Shown here one piece after another: positions 1 through 7,966 of a stretch of DNA of 17,682 nucleotides (its first letter is position 1; the number at the start of each line of letters is the position of its first letter). Source of the stretch: Candidatus Thorarchaeota archaeon (GTDB taxonomy: Archaea > Asgardarchaeota > Thorarchaeia > Thorarchaeales > Thorarchaeaceae); the NCBI GenBank assembly GCA_048882385.1, contig JBHLRQ010000069.1:1-17682 (forward strand), in the 5' to 3' direction. The notes under the pieces were generated by a model. The model did no database searches. It was given only the letters and a program-made list of their open reading frames with translations, and was not told the DNA's origin. The translations under genes were made by a program, and so were the position numbers.

Positions 1-919
1 CAGAACCTGTGAATAGTGACATTGCTGAGTGAACAGCGTAGTAGGTAGCTGCGATTGTTGGTTCATGCTGATAACTGAAACCTCCCTCGAGTAGAGACCC
101 TGCTGATGCTTGATGACTTGCTAGAACAAGTGGCGTCTCTGATTCTCGTAAAGCAGATGAGAAAGCAATGATGTTCTCTAGCAGATCCTTTCCTGTAGAC
201 GTAAGCTTCGTAGAATCTTCTGGTGAATAGAGGAAGATGTCAAGTGGCATTGATTCAAACCGTAGTGCTGCAATATTTGATGGTGCGGCTCCTGTAAGAT
301 CAACAATCCTGGAAACCTCTGTCTGAACTGTATCTTTAGGAAGAACAACTCCTGTTTCTGTTGTTATTGAAGAACCTAATGTCAACATATTTGGTGTGAC
401 CATGTAGGCTGCCCCTGCAAACTCTGCAGTTTCGAGTAGGACCGTTGTTGCAGAGACAGCCAGAGACGGTGGACCTACGTCTCTTAGTCTATGAAGAATC
501 CATGCTGATCGACCTGTAAGTATAAGACTGACATCTTTACGTATGAGAAGGTCAATAATCTCCTGAGGGACTGCCACACCATCAGAAGACCCGAGACTTG
601 CATCTACAAGCACCAATGTGACCAAATCGAGTAGTTCTGGTGAGATTAGTACTTGACTCACATTTACTACTTGGCTGAAGATTCCTGATGAGTTGAGTAG
701 GTGCGACCAACTATTCCCTCGTGGAGTGATATCTCCGCCTACCATTTCGAGAACCATATATGAATTGGTCTGAACCGATATTCCAGGATCTGCAGATGGA
801 GCGGCTGACTCTGTTTGTTGTATGATTTGATTTTCATGGATTCCTTCTGGAATTGCTGGGTCTAATGGTGTGGCTAAGAGAATGCATGCAACTAACAAAA
901 CAATGAGAACTCGCCTCAT
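1..919 (-). CDS. Secreted or surface protein with prenyltransferase/squalene-oxidase-type repeat (5' part only; runs off the left edge)
   Basis: Not in the ORF track because it is truncated. ATG at 919-917 with GGAGGT (931-926) upstream. The N-terminus MRRVLIVLLVACILLATP looks like a signal peptide. The translated start and end segments are in the same frame, and near the edge it reads EGGFSYQHEPTIAATYYAV, resembling the GGF...TYYA prenyltransferase repeat. Confidence 0.75.
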   Translation of the reverse strand, partial: MRRVLIVLLVACILLATPLDPAIPEGIHENQIIQQTESAAPSADPGISVQTNSYMVLEMVGGDITPRGNSWSHLLNSSGIFSQVVNVSQVLISPELLDLVTLVLVDASLGSSDGVAVPQEIIDLLIRKDVSLILTGRSAWILHRLRDVGPPSLAVSATTVLLETAEFAGAAYMVTPNMLTLGSSITTETGVVLPKDTVQTEVSRIVDLTGAAPSNIAALRFESMPLDIFLYSPEDSTKLTSTGKDLLENIIAFSSALRESETPLVLASHQASAGSLLEGGFSYQHEPTIAATYYAVHSAMSLFTGS

Positions 920-947
920 GGTTGGACCTCCAAGTATTTCACTGGGT

Positions 948-1054
948 GTCCAACGGGTCGGCTCTCTGCGGAATTCAGGTCGAGGGATTGGTCAGAGTAG
1001 CGACCTGCTCTGTATAACCAATAAGGGTGTGGAATTTCGGATCCGACCCGGGAC
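948..1054 (+). ncRNA. Candidate structured RNA or palindromic element (long imperfect hairpin)
   Basis: Nested stems: 948-961/1043-1054, 969-976/1032-1039, 987-992/1017-1022 and 993-1000/1005-1012, with a CGAC loop. Both non-Watson-Crick pairs are G-U on the + strand. A T-rich tract follows (1055-1080). Confidence 0.4.
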
Positions 1055-1082
1055 TTGTTTTCATACTCTTTCTTTTCTGTCA

Positions 1083-1679
1083 TCAGATACCAACCCCTAC
1101 ATATGTATAGAACACGACAAGAATCGCCAGCACAATGAATAATTCTGCTAGTCCTCTCCCAGGATGTCCTTGTAGTGCGGCTCCCAAGAGTGAAACATCA
1201 CCCCCCCTTAGTGAGCTATTGAACAACACACAAAGAGCCATGTACCAACAAAGGAGAACAACTGGAGCACCAGCAAGAAGCACTACGGGTAGGAAGAGAA
1301 GTGAGAATCCAATAAACACAGATGCGACTGTGCTCACGTACAAGGCTGAAACAAGAATTGCAACTCGAGGAGGGCGGTCCACCTTAAGAAACAGATTCAA
1401 TTCAGCATATGTACTCCCACCTCCGATTCCTTCCAAATCGATTCCGAACAAAGAACACACTGCATACCGGACGCCTGTGTTTACAATCATACCTGGGAGA
1501 AAGACAATGGTGGCAATAGACAAAACAGTGTTACGGGTCCAAGACACAAATGCCCTCCGTCTGCCAGTAAGTAGTAGTGCTGACCTGACTAGTGTAGCTA
1601 TGACAACAACTAAGGGGGCGATCTTCACTGAGAAGATTAGGTTCGTAGCCAATAGCTGTAGTACTGCATCAGTCTGCAT
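1083..1679 (-). CDS. Multi-pass membrane protein, zincin (DUF3267/M50-like) homolog lacking HExxH
   Basis: About 5 hydrophobic segments. FLPGMIVNTGVRYAVCSLFG aligns by eye with the PGxxxHExxHxxxCxxxG pattern. GGAG RBS at 1691-1688. Confidence 0.65.
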   Translation of the reverse strand: MQTDAVLQLLATNLIFSVKIAPLVVVIATLVRSALLLTGRRRAFVSWTRNTVLSIATIVFLPGMIVNTGVRYAVCSLFGIDLEGIGGGSTYAELNLFLKVDRPPRVAILVSALYVSTVASVFIGFSLLFLPVVLLAGAPVVLLCWYMALCVLFNSSLRGGDVSLLGAALQGHPGRGLAELFIVLAILVVFYTYVGVGI

Positions 1680-1869
1680 TACTTAGACTCCTTTTCTCTT
1701 CCATTTTTACGTCCTATGACAATGTAGAAGAGAAGTTTAGAAAGTGTAATGCTGAAGTCTGATAACCACTGATATCATATTATATACAGAATTAGACAAT
1801 GATAGTAATATTATTGAATTAAAGGAGATATATTATGCTCAATATTTATAAAATATGAGCTCATAAAAC

Positions 1870-2457
1870 TTATTTCAAATCTTTTTGGTGCCGAATGTGC
1901 ACGGATGTTGTTGCTTCTTCATCCTGATTCGAGTCTTGAAACATTCGAGAGAGAGAAAAATATGACGTCTTTACATGAATTCCTCTCTCAACACACACAG
2001 CTTTGAGTACAGAAAGAGCTGTAGATGTCCAGCCTGAAACATCCATAGCTCCTGGTGCTATCATTGAGCGTAGGATTCTTCTGAAACCCTCTCTGTGGGA
2101 TGGTGAAAGAACTCTGGCTAGAACTTGCATGACGATCTTTCTGTTTCCAGATCCCGAGTAGCCACAAACAACCAGTAATCTTTGAACTGCATCATATGTG
2201 TTGAGAGTTTCTAATGTTTTGAGAGCTGTAAACCATCTTTCCTGGTCTTCTGAAACTAACAGCTTATCACAGAATGATAACACACCCGGTTCTTTCCTCC
2301 GAGCAAGTTCTAGAAGGGCTGGTTCACGAAGTAGGATGTGAAGCTCCTCATCTTTCACAGTGTCCCAAAGACTTGCTGAAAGCGTTTCCTGAAGTGTTGT
2401 AGCTGAATAGTCTGGAATCGAAGACGAGAACTCCAGCACCAGCTGGTTTTGCTTCAT
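1870..2457 (-). CDS. Hypothetical alpha-helical protein with HEAT/PBS-like repeats
   Basis: 195-aa ORF. LLVSEDQERWFTALKTLETLNTYDAVQRLL resembles a HEAT-like unit. A TATA-like box sits about 23 nt upstream, consistent with a leaderless mRNA. Confidence 0.65.
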   Translation of the reverse strand: MKQNQLVLEFSSSIPDYSATTLQETLSASLWDTVKDEELHILLREPALLELARRKEPGVLSFCDKLLVSEDQERWFTALKTLETLNTYDAVQRLLVVCGYSGSGNRKIVMQVLARVLSPSHREGFRRILRSMIAPGAMDVSGWTSTALSVLKAVCVERGIHVKTSYFSLSRMFQDSNQDEEATTSVHIRHQKDLK

Positions 2458-2470
2458 GTAATTTTGTACT

Positions 2471-2490
2471 GATTTATACTAATAAGGTCG
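2471..2490. promoter_or_regulatory. Putative archaeal TATA element(s) in a divergent promoter region
   Basis: The minus strand reads CCTTATTAGTATAAAT, with TTATTA at 2485-2480 about 23 nt before ATG 2457. The plus strand has TTTATA at 2473-2478 upstream of the large regulator gene. Confidence 0.45.
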
Positions 2491-2541
2491 TAAACTATCT
2501 ATACGAAGTAATAAGTGCAGCATCGTAATCGTGTGATGATT

Positions 2542-4644
2542 ATGGGTCTTAGACCACGTGTGACAACAGATTGGCTTCGCAAAGGTCGTAGGGTAGAAGA
2601 CATTAAGATTCTTCGAAACCTAATCGATGATTCATCAGACTGGAAGATCAGTACAGCCATCTTGTCTGAAACTCTCTTTGAGAAGAGCTTTGGTTTGAAA
2701 CCCCTTCCTGACTCATCACATAACCACACTATAATCAACGAGGTTCTCGGTCAGGCAGCAGTAACTGAATTTGTCAGAATCAACAAAAATGACCTCATTC
2801 CTGAAGGAGATAGTCTACTTGAGCAGGTCCAGTCATTGCTACCATCAAATCTAAGTCCGGAAGAGGAGAGGACTTTGTCTTATGTCTTCAGCCGAATTAT
2901 AGTTGAGGACACCCCCATAGATACCAAATGGCCACTTGTTCCAGCAGGATTAGACTCTCTATCAGCGGCTCTTCTTACTATTAATATGATTTCGCAGTTA
3001 ATTGGTACAAAACCCAGATGGCTTCTCCCTATATGGTTACAAAAGGTCAATGAAATCAAAATTGAATTCATCAGGATGATTTTAGATTTTATGAAATTTA
3101 AAGACAGTACCGAGAAACGTGAGATAATTACTAGGCTCAAGAGTTATCGTGACCTTGTGCAGATTCCAAGCGATGAATCTGAAGAACTTGATGAAATTGA
3201 TGATGAAATTAATCTTGATGGGATAGTGAAAGAGTGTAAATACTACATCGAAACACTACTTCGAAAGGACTCAATGATTTCCCGACAGGACCCACTTACA
3301 GGTAAATTAGAAAAGTGGAGAACTACGTTCAAAGGTTTGGAGAGTGAGCTAGAAGCAGCGAAGAGGGCATTGTCGCGATTAAGGAGGATGAAGAGCACCG
3401 ATCTTGAAGAAACAGATCTTCTAGCTGCGGAAAATAGAGTCACTGTTCTTCAAGAAAAAATTAAGGAAAATAATAGAATCCTGGAAGACGAGGTCTATAC
3501 TCTCCGAACTCAAGATCAATTGTTGACAAAGTGGACAAATCTAACTTTATACCCAGATGGAATATTGGCTTCTAAAAATGAAGACCTCATTAAGAACATC
3601 CGAATTGATCTGAATGCTCTGGCGTATTGGCCACTTGTCAAGATGTGTTCCTTTCTATCGAATTCAGAGAAACCTGGAAGACCTGCAGCTTCTGACATTG
3701 TCCAAGAATTGGGACTTAAACAAAGAATGGCACATTATAGTCTCCTGCGTCTTGGATTACTAATGAATGAAAGATACATACTAACTCCTCAAAAACTTGG
3801 TTTAAAATACAGGTTTATTTTCACTAAGAAACAGAAACCTAGTGTTCTTAGTGATGGACTCATTGAAAGACTGAAAATGAATACTTCAGATGAGTACGGT
3901 GGGTGTACTGTGCACCTTGAACCTACGACTTCTCAAGGTCCATCTCAAATTCAGCTACCCGCAGATGCAATCCAGCTTTCCGGTTATTCTGAAATCGTTT
4001 CAATGAGGATTGATCTATTTGATTCCAAGGAACAAAAGTGGAATCTTGAATATGCATACATGAATGATCCACTCAAGGAATCAAAAACACGGAGAAGAAC
4101 ATCGAAATGGTTGTTCAGAACCACTGATAGTCCATCATCAAAGCCAGCTCATCTTACTCAGACTGAACTTGATATTCTTGGACCATTATCTGTTTTCAGA
4201 GGTCTGCGTCGTTCAAGAAATTGGTTTTTTGAAAATCTCGGTATCAATCCATTGACCGCTAGAAGATATGTTAAGAACCTTGTACGAAGGAAGATCTTCA
4301 GACTTATGTATATGCCATCTTTGGCATATTGTGGACTGCCAATTGGAATAATGGTGGGAGGACAGTTCATCACTGGAAAATCACGACGGATGTTCATCAA
4401 TTGGATGACATCTAAGCTACCATACGCACGAATACTAATAGATGATTCAAAGCAATTAGTGGCTTATCTTCGACTTCCAATAGATGCAATCACACCAATA
4501 AGAGGAATCTTGGATTCGAGGTCATTTGCTTCAGAAACCAACCAGTGGTTTGTATCTGGTATTTTGTCCTATCGAACATACATGCTATCAGCTTTTCACA
4601 AACTGACAAAGAATGGTGAAGGATGGATTGATCCTTGGATCTAA
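2542..4644 (+). CDS. Large protein with a central coiled coil and two C-terminal Lrp/AsnC-like HTH modules (putative regulator)
   Basis: HTH 1: AASDIVQELGLKQRMAHYSLLRL...PQKLGL. HTH 2: LTQTELDILGPL...NLGINPLTARRYVKNLVRRKIF...AYCGL. A heptad-rich region (FKGLESELEAAKRALSRL...LQEKIKENNRILED) lies in the middle. The start is more likely ATG 2542 (or 2536) than GTG 2515. Confidence 0.7.
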   Translation: MGLRPRVTTDWLRKGRRVEDIKILRNLIDDSSDWKISTAILSETLFEKSFGLKPLPDSSHNHTIINEVLGQAAVTEFVRINKNDLIPEGDSLLEQVQSLLPSNLSPEEERTLSYVFSRIIVEDTPIDTKWPLVPAGLDSLSAALLTINMISQLIGTKPRWLLPIWLQKVNEIKIEFIRMILDFMKFKDSTEKREIITRLKSYRDLVQIPSDESEELDEIDDEINLDGIVKECKYYIETLLRKDSMISRQDPLTGKLEKWRTTFKGLESELEAAKRALSRLRRMKSTDLEETDLLAAENRVTVLQEKIKENNRILEDEVYTLRTQDQLLTKWTNLTLYPDGILASKNEDLIKNIRIDLNALAYWPLVKMCSFLSNSEKPGRPAASDIVQELGLKQRMAHYSLLRLGLLMNERYILTPQKLGLKYRFIFTKKQKPSVLSDGLIERLKMNTSDEYGGCTVHLEPTTSQGPSQIQLPADAIQLSGYSEIVSMRIDLFDSKEQKWNLEYAYMNDPLKESKTRRRTSKWLFRTTDSPSSKPAHLTQTELDILGPLSVFRGLRRSRNWFFENLGINPLTARRYVKNLVRRKIFRLMYMPSLAYCGLPIGIMVGGQFITGKSRRMFINWMTSKLPYARILIDDSKQLVAYLRLPIDAITPIRGILDSRSFASETNQWFVSGILSYRTYMLSAFHKLTKNGEGWIDPWI

Positions 4645-4649
4645 TAGAT

Positions 4650-5645
4650 TCAAAACCACTGTTCAAGAGTTGACTGACGATTGCCAAAGTTCTTCCAGAG
4701 TTTAATCACCTTCTGTACAGTCCTCTCTGCTGATTCATTTGACATAATTGGAATCAATTGGCGTTTGAGCTTCGAGGAAATAGGTGGATTGAGTTTTAAT
4801 TTATAGTTAGAAACTGACAGGTAGTTTGGTTCGTCAAAGACCTCACGAGCTGTTACAAATTCTTCTCGCTTTGAATGTGAGTATCCTTTTGCTTTGAGAA
4901 CATTTTCTAATCCTCCATGTCTTCGAAGAAGTAGTGCACCTTTTCGCGGCCCAATTCCCTTTGCACCTACTTTATGAAAATCACATCCACATAGTACAGC
5001 CAGATCTCTTAGCTGTTCGAGATCAAGGTCCAGGTGTGATTCTAGATCACACAACTTAGCTCGCATTATACGATTGTTCGAGGTCTGTAGTTGTTTGGTC
5101 ACATGTGGACTTCCAAAGAGAAGAGCATCCACATCATTGGAAACAACTGTGTCTACTAGTCTTTCTTTGCACATTGCAGCAGCTAACATTTCAGCTTCGG
5201 ATGGAGCAGTAATGGTCGGGACTCCTACAACACTTCCCAACGTTCTCAAGTGTTCGGCTGCAAAATACATCCTCAACGCACGACTCCTCCGCAATGCTGA
5301 TGATATTTCCTCATTATACGGATCACCCTCATTCAGAAATTTCCTGTGTAGACTATGAGCAAGTTGGATAATTTCTGGGTTGGGTTGTCGTTTCTGCGAT
5401 TCTGGTGGTCCATCAAAAATTAGTACTGGAAGAATGTTAGAACTAAGAGTAGCTTTGATCAAACTGAAAAAAGTCCCAACATGAGTAAGAGGTATCCTTC
5501 CATCTCGTGTGTCTGTAGTCTTGATGACAGTCAGACGACGTGTTAGATAATTCGGTACATCTATTGCTATCACTCCTGGACTTATTTCATCAATACTCCC
5601 CCAGCGCCAAGGTACAATATTATCACCCCACCCTTTAACTCCCAT
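4650..5645 (-). CDS. fen: FEN1/XPG-family flap endonuclease (divergent) with C-terminal PIP box
   Basis: Motifs IAID, PVLIFDG, APSEAE, VSNDVDALLFG and H2TH LCGCDF..GAKGIGPRKG, so the acidic catalytic set appears intact. Ends in QSTLEQWF, a canonical QxxLxxWF PIP box. May be a paralog rather than the housekeeping fen. Confidence 0.9.
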   Translation of the reverse strand: MGVKGWGDNIVPWRWGSIDEISPGVIAIDVPNYLTRRLTVIKTTDTRDGRIPLTHVGTFFSLIKATLSSNILPVLIFDGPPESQKRQPNPEIIQLAHSLHRKFLNEGDPYNEEISSALRRSRALRMYFAAEHLRTLGSVVGVPTITAPSEAEMLAAAMCKERLVDTVVSNDVDALLFGSPHVTKQLQTSNNRIMRAKLCDLESHLDLDLEQLRDLAVLCGCDFHKVGAKGIGPRKGALLLRRHGGLENVLKAKGYSHSKREEFVTAREVFDEPNYLSVSNYKLKLNPPISSKLKRQLIPIMSNESAERTVQKVIKLWKNFGNRQSTLEQWF

Positions 5646-5655
5646 ATCACGTACC

Positions 5656-6363
5656 TCACTTCATCGATCGAATCCCTTTCGAATCTGCTCTAACGATTAT
5701 CCCAGGAGGATTTTTTGAATGGGTACTGCGTTCAATGAGAATTCTGATGAGATTCTCACCTGTTTTCAATCGATCTGCCCTAACAACACTATCAACCGCA
5801 TGAGATAGGACATTCCCTCCAATTGGTGAATGATCACCTGAAACCCAGTTCTTTGCGGAATAATCAGTAATCAATGCATGAGTATCAAACTGGTTAACAG
5901 ATTTTCTTATGGTTTCAAGTGTTTGAAAGAGCTCTCGTTGACGTCCTTTAGTACCAGGTGCCCCTGTTAGGTTCAATGCCCCTGTTAAATTATCTAATAT
6001 GATAATAGAAATCTCAGACAATTCTGAGAAACTACCTATCATATCAACGATATCAGCCAAACCCATTACATTTCCTACTAGAATGCGTTCCAGAATATCT
6101 GAGGTTGAAGCAATCGCTCTAACTAAAGAGGGACTGTAATTAGAACCTGAATCAAGAAACACACACTTAGCACTATCATTCGATTTAGCTGCAGAAACAG
6201 CAAGACTGTGGGCTATAATACTCAAGGGTGCTCTCTCTGATCCGTGAAGAAGACTAATTGTTCTTGGCAACACTATCCTGCTAAAGGTTTGTTGTAAAAC
6301 ACGTGGAGTGAAACGAATTCTGGGTTCAATTGGAACATTGAGTGATTCAAGTGGTAATCTCAA
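5656..6363 (-). CDS. RecA/RadB-fold recombinase paralog with degenerate Walker A
   Basis: ISLLHGSERAPLS occupies the P-loop position. Also CVFLDSG, Walker B IIILDN and PIGGNVLSHAVD (RadA/RadB-like GG..L.H). The start is likely TTG 6363, 12 nt after GGAGG, rather than TTG 6375, which directly abuts the RBS. Confidence 0.8.
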   Translation of the reverse strand: MRLPLESLNVPIEPRIRFTPRVLQQTFSRIVLPRTISLLHGSERAPLSIIAHSLAVSAAKSNDSAKCVFLDSGSNYSPSLVRAIASTSDILERILVGNVMGLADIVDMIGSFSELSEISIIILDNLTGALNLTGAPGTKGRQRELFQTLETIRKSVNQFDTHALITDYSAKNWVSGDHSPIGGNVLSHAVDSVVRADRLKTGENLIRILIERSTHSKNPPGIIVRADSKGIRSMK

Positions 6364-7309
6364 CTGACGATGCAACCTCCTGCAAAGATGTGAAATTTCG
6401 ATTCAATAGTATCTCTCTCTCGTGTCCTTGTTTCAATTTCTCGACATTGAGTCCAGTTGACACGTTGTCTGGAACAAGAATCATCACTTCTGGTTTAGAT
6501 GGAATAACCATCATCCTCAAAGGCCATGTTGATAGCAAATCAGACACTGACTTTTCGTCCCTCGCCAATCTGTAATCATGCATTGGAAGTCCATTCTGTT
6601 CATCAATGATAGGAACCATTTGAACCGCTTCTGCAAGAAGAGGAGGAGCTCTCTGAGTGTTAATTTCAACCAAATTGAGAAGAGAACAGATGCGAGTGAC
6701 TAAATCAATATCCTCAGTTGTGATGACTAATGCATCACACTCTTCAAAATGGGTTAGGGATATCGGCAAAAGAGGTCGGTCTCTCATCAACTTCACAATC
6801 TTCTCATGCTGAGAATGATCTACCAGAATTACTGTGTGTCTTGAATTAACCGCAAAGGATGTTCCATCTCCAACAGGTACGATTCTCTTTGTGAGTCCAT
6901 CAATACGCGTTCCAAGTTTTGATCCAGGAATCATCTCTTTAATGTAAATGGAGATTGATGAGGGGTCTCCAAGAAGAGAGCATCCTATACTGGTGAAAAC
7001 CGCGGCAAGAATTGATACGACCAATCCATATGGTAGTGCAATAACAAATGCAATGACGACAACATAACCAGTTGCTGCATAAGCGGCGATATTCAATAGT
7101 ATCTTTACTGGAGTATCTTTAGGTTGACGTTGTAATAGGCGAAGAAGAACGATTGGAAGCAGAATTGCTCCAAGTAGTGGATAGGGATTGCCATTTCGAA
7201 ACGAGAGAACAACTGAAACAACCGAGGCAAGTAGTTGAGCTCCCGCAGCAAGGGCTATTGCTCCAGCTATGATTAACCCAATCAATTTGATTAGCCCTTT
7301 TCCAAACAC
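6347..7309 (-). CDS. Membrane protein (about 4 N-terminal TM helices plus a soluble domain), function unknown
   Basis: Hydrophobic stretches in the first ~115 aa. GTG start with GGAGGT at 7322-7317. Confidence 0.8.
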   Translation of the reverse strand: MFGKGLIKLIGLIIAGAIALAAGAQLLASVVSVVLSFRNGNPYPLLGAILLPIVLLRLLQRQPKDTPVKILLNIAAYAATGYVVVIAFVIALPYGLVVSILAAVFTSIGCSLLGDPSSISIYIKEMIPGSKLGTRIDGLTKRIVPVGDGTSFAVNSRHTVILVDHSQHEKIVKLMRDRPLLPISLTHFEECDALVITTEDIDLVTRICSLLNLVEINTQRAPPLLAEAVQMVPIIDEQNGLPMHDYRLARDEKSVSDLLSTWPLRMMVIPSKPEVMILVPDNVSTGLNVEKLKQGHEREILLNRNFTSLQEVASSVEITT

Positions 7310-7312
7310 CTC

Positions 7313-7966
7313 TCAGACCTCCGCTTTATTCCTAATGACAAAATCAGAAAACAAGACATCATCGTTCCTCAAGATTCCAATTTGATGTTTATTCTCTAAA
7401 CCCCGCATGATTTGCGATGAACTATCCATGGTTGTCTTGATAAGGAGAAAGTCATGGTCCACCCATTTTGCGATAGTCTTCTGATGTACAGCTAGATTCT
7501 TCGAGTCTTCCATGGCACGGGTTTCACTCGTTATGATAACACTCAAGCCTTTTTGATCGACTAATCCCGCCAAGGTCGGTAATGCTTCCTCAATCATTTC
7601 TCTTCCCCATAGAATGGGATCTGCACGAGCCAAATCTAGAATTCTTGTTATTGAATCAATAACAACAAGTGAAACCTCAGGATCTAGTCTCTCAGCAAGA
7701 TTGAGAATAACCTCTCTAATTTCATGCCTATCATTGAGCATCGTAACTATGATGTTTTCCATAACTCCCTCTTCTGATTCAACCAGTCGTTTTAACTGCG
7801 GAGCAAAACTTTGTTTTGCATCAGTGTTTATCCACTCTACTTTCGAATATCTTGACTCATTAGAGGCAATAATACTCGCAAGTAGAGTCTTACCAGAACC
7901 AGCTTTTCCCCAGATGTGTATCAAACCTTCTAGGTTAAGTTGTTTTATTAAACGAGGTTTAGACAC
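7313..7966 (-). CDS. RadB-like RecA-superfamily ATPase
   Basis: Walker A GKAGSGKT, VEWINTD, Walker B LVVIDSI, VIITSE. No RadA N-terminal domain. The start is likely GTG 7966 (GTGTCTAA overlap with the upstream stop, with a purine-rich RBS) rather than TTG 8011. Confidence 0.85.
   Translation of the reverse strand: MSKPRLIKQLNLEGLIHIWGKAGSGKTLLASIIASNESRYSKVEWINTDAKQSFAPQLKRLVESEEGVMENIIVTMLNDRHEIREVILNLAERLDPEVSLVVIDSITRILDLARADPILWGREMIEEALPTLAGLVDQKGLSVIITSETRAMEDSKNLAVHQKTIAKWVDHDFLLIKTTMDSSSQIMRGLENKHQIGILRNDDVLFSDFVIRNKAEV

Noticed and set aside
948-1054. tRNA or SRP RNA identity for the hairpin
   Set aside because: No cloverleaf or TTCGA T-loop, and it is too short and lacks the recognisable helix 8 motif of archaeal SRP RNA.
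870-1142. 90-aa plus-strand ORF spanning the structured intergenic region
   Set aside because: Overlaps both flanking genes on the opposite strand and has no recognisable features. Base-pairing explains the region better.
1135-1686. 183-aa plus-strand ORF
   Set aside because: Antisense shadow of the membrane-protein gene, with S/T/R/P-rich composition and no RBS or motif.
1822-1858. AAGGAGATATATTATG followed by the 7-codon ORF MLNIYKI, resembling the T7 gene 10 leader
   Set aside because: Not an exact vector match, no other vector sequence nearby, and such short ORFs arise easily in AT-rich DNA.
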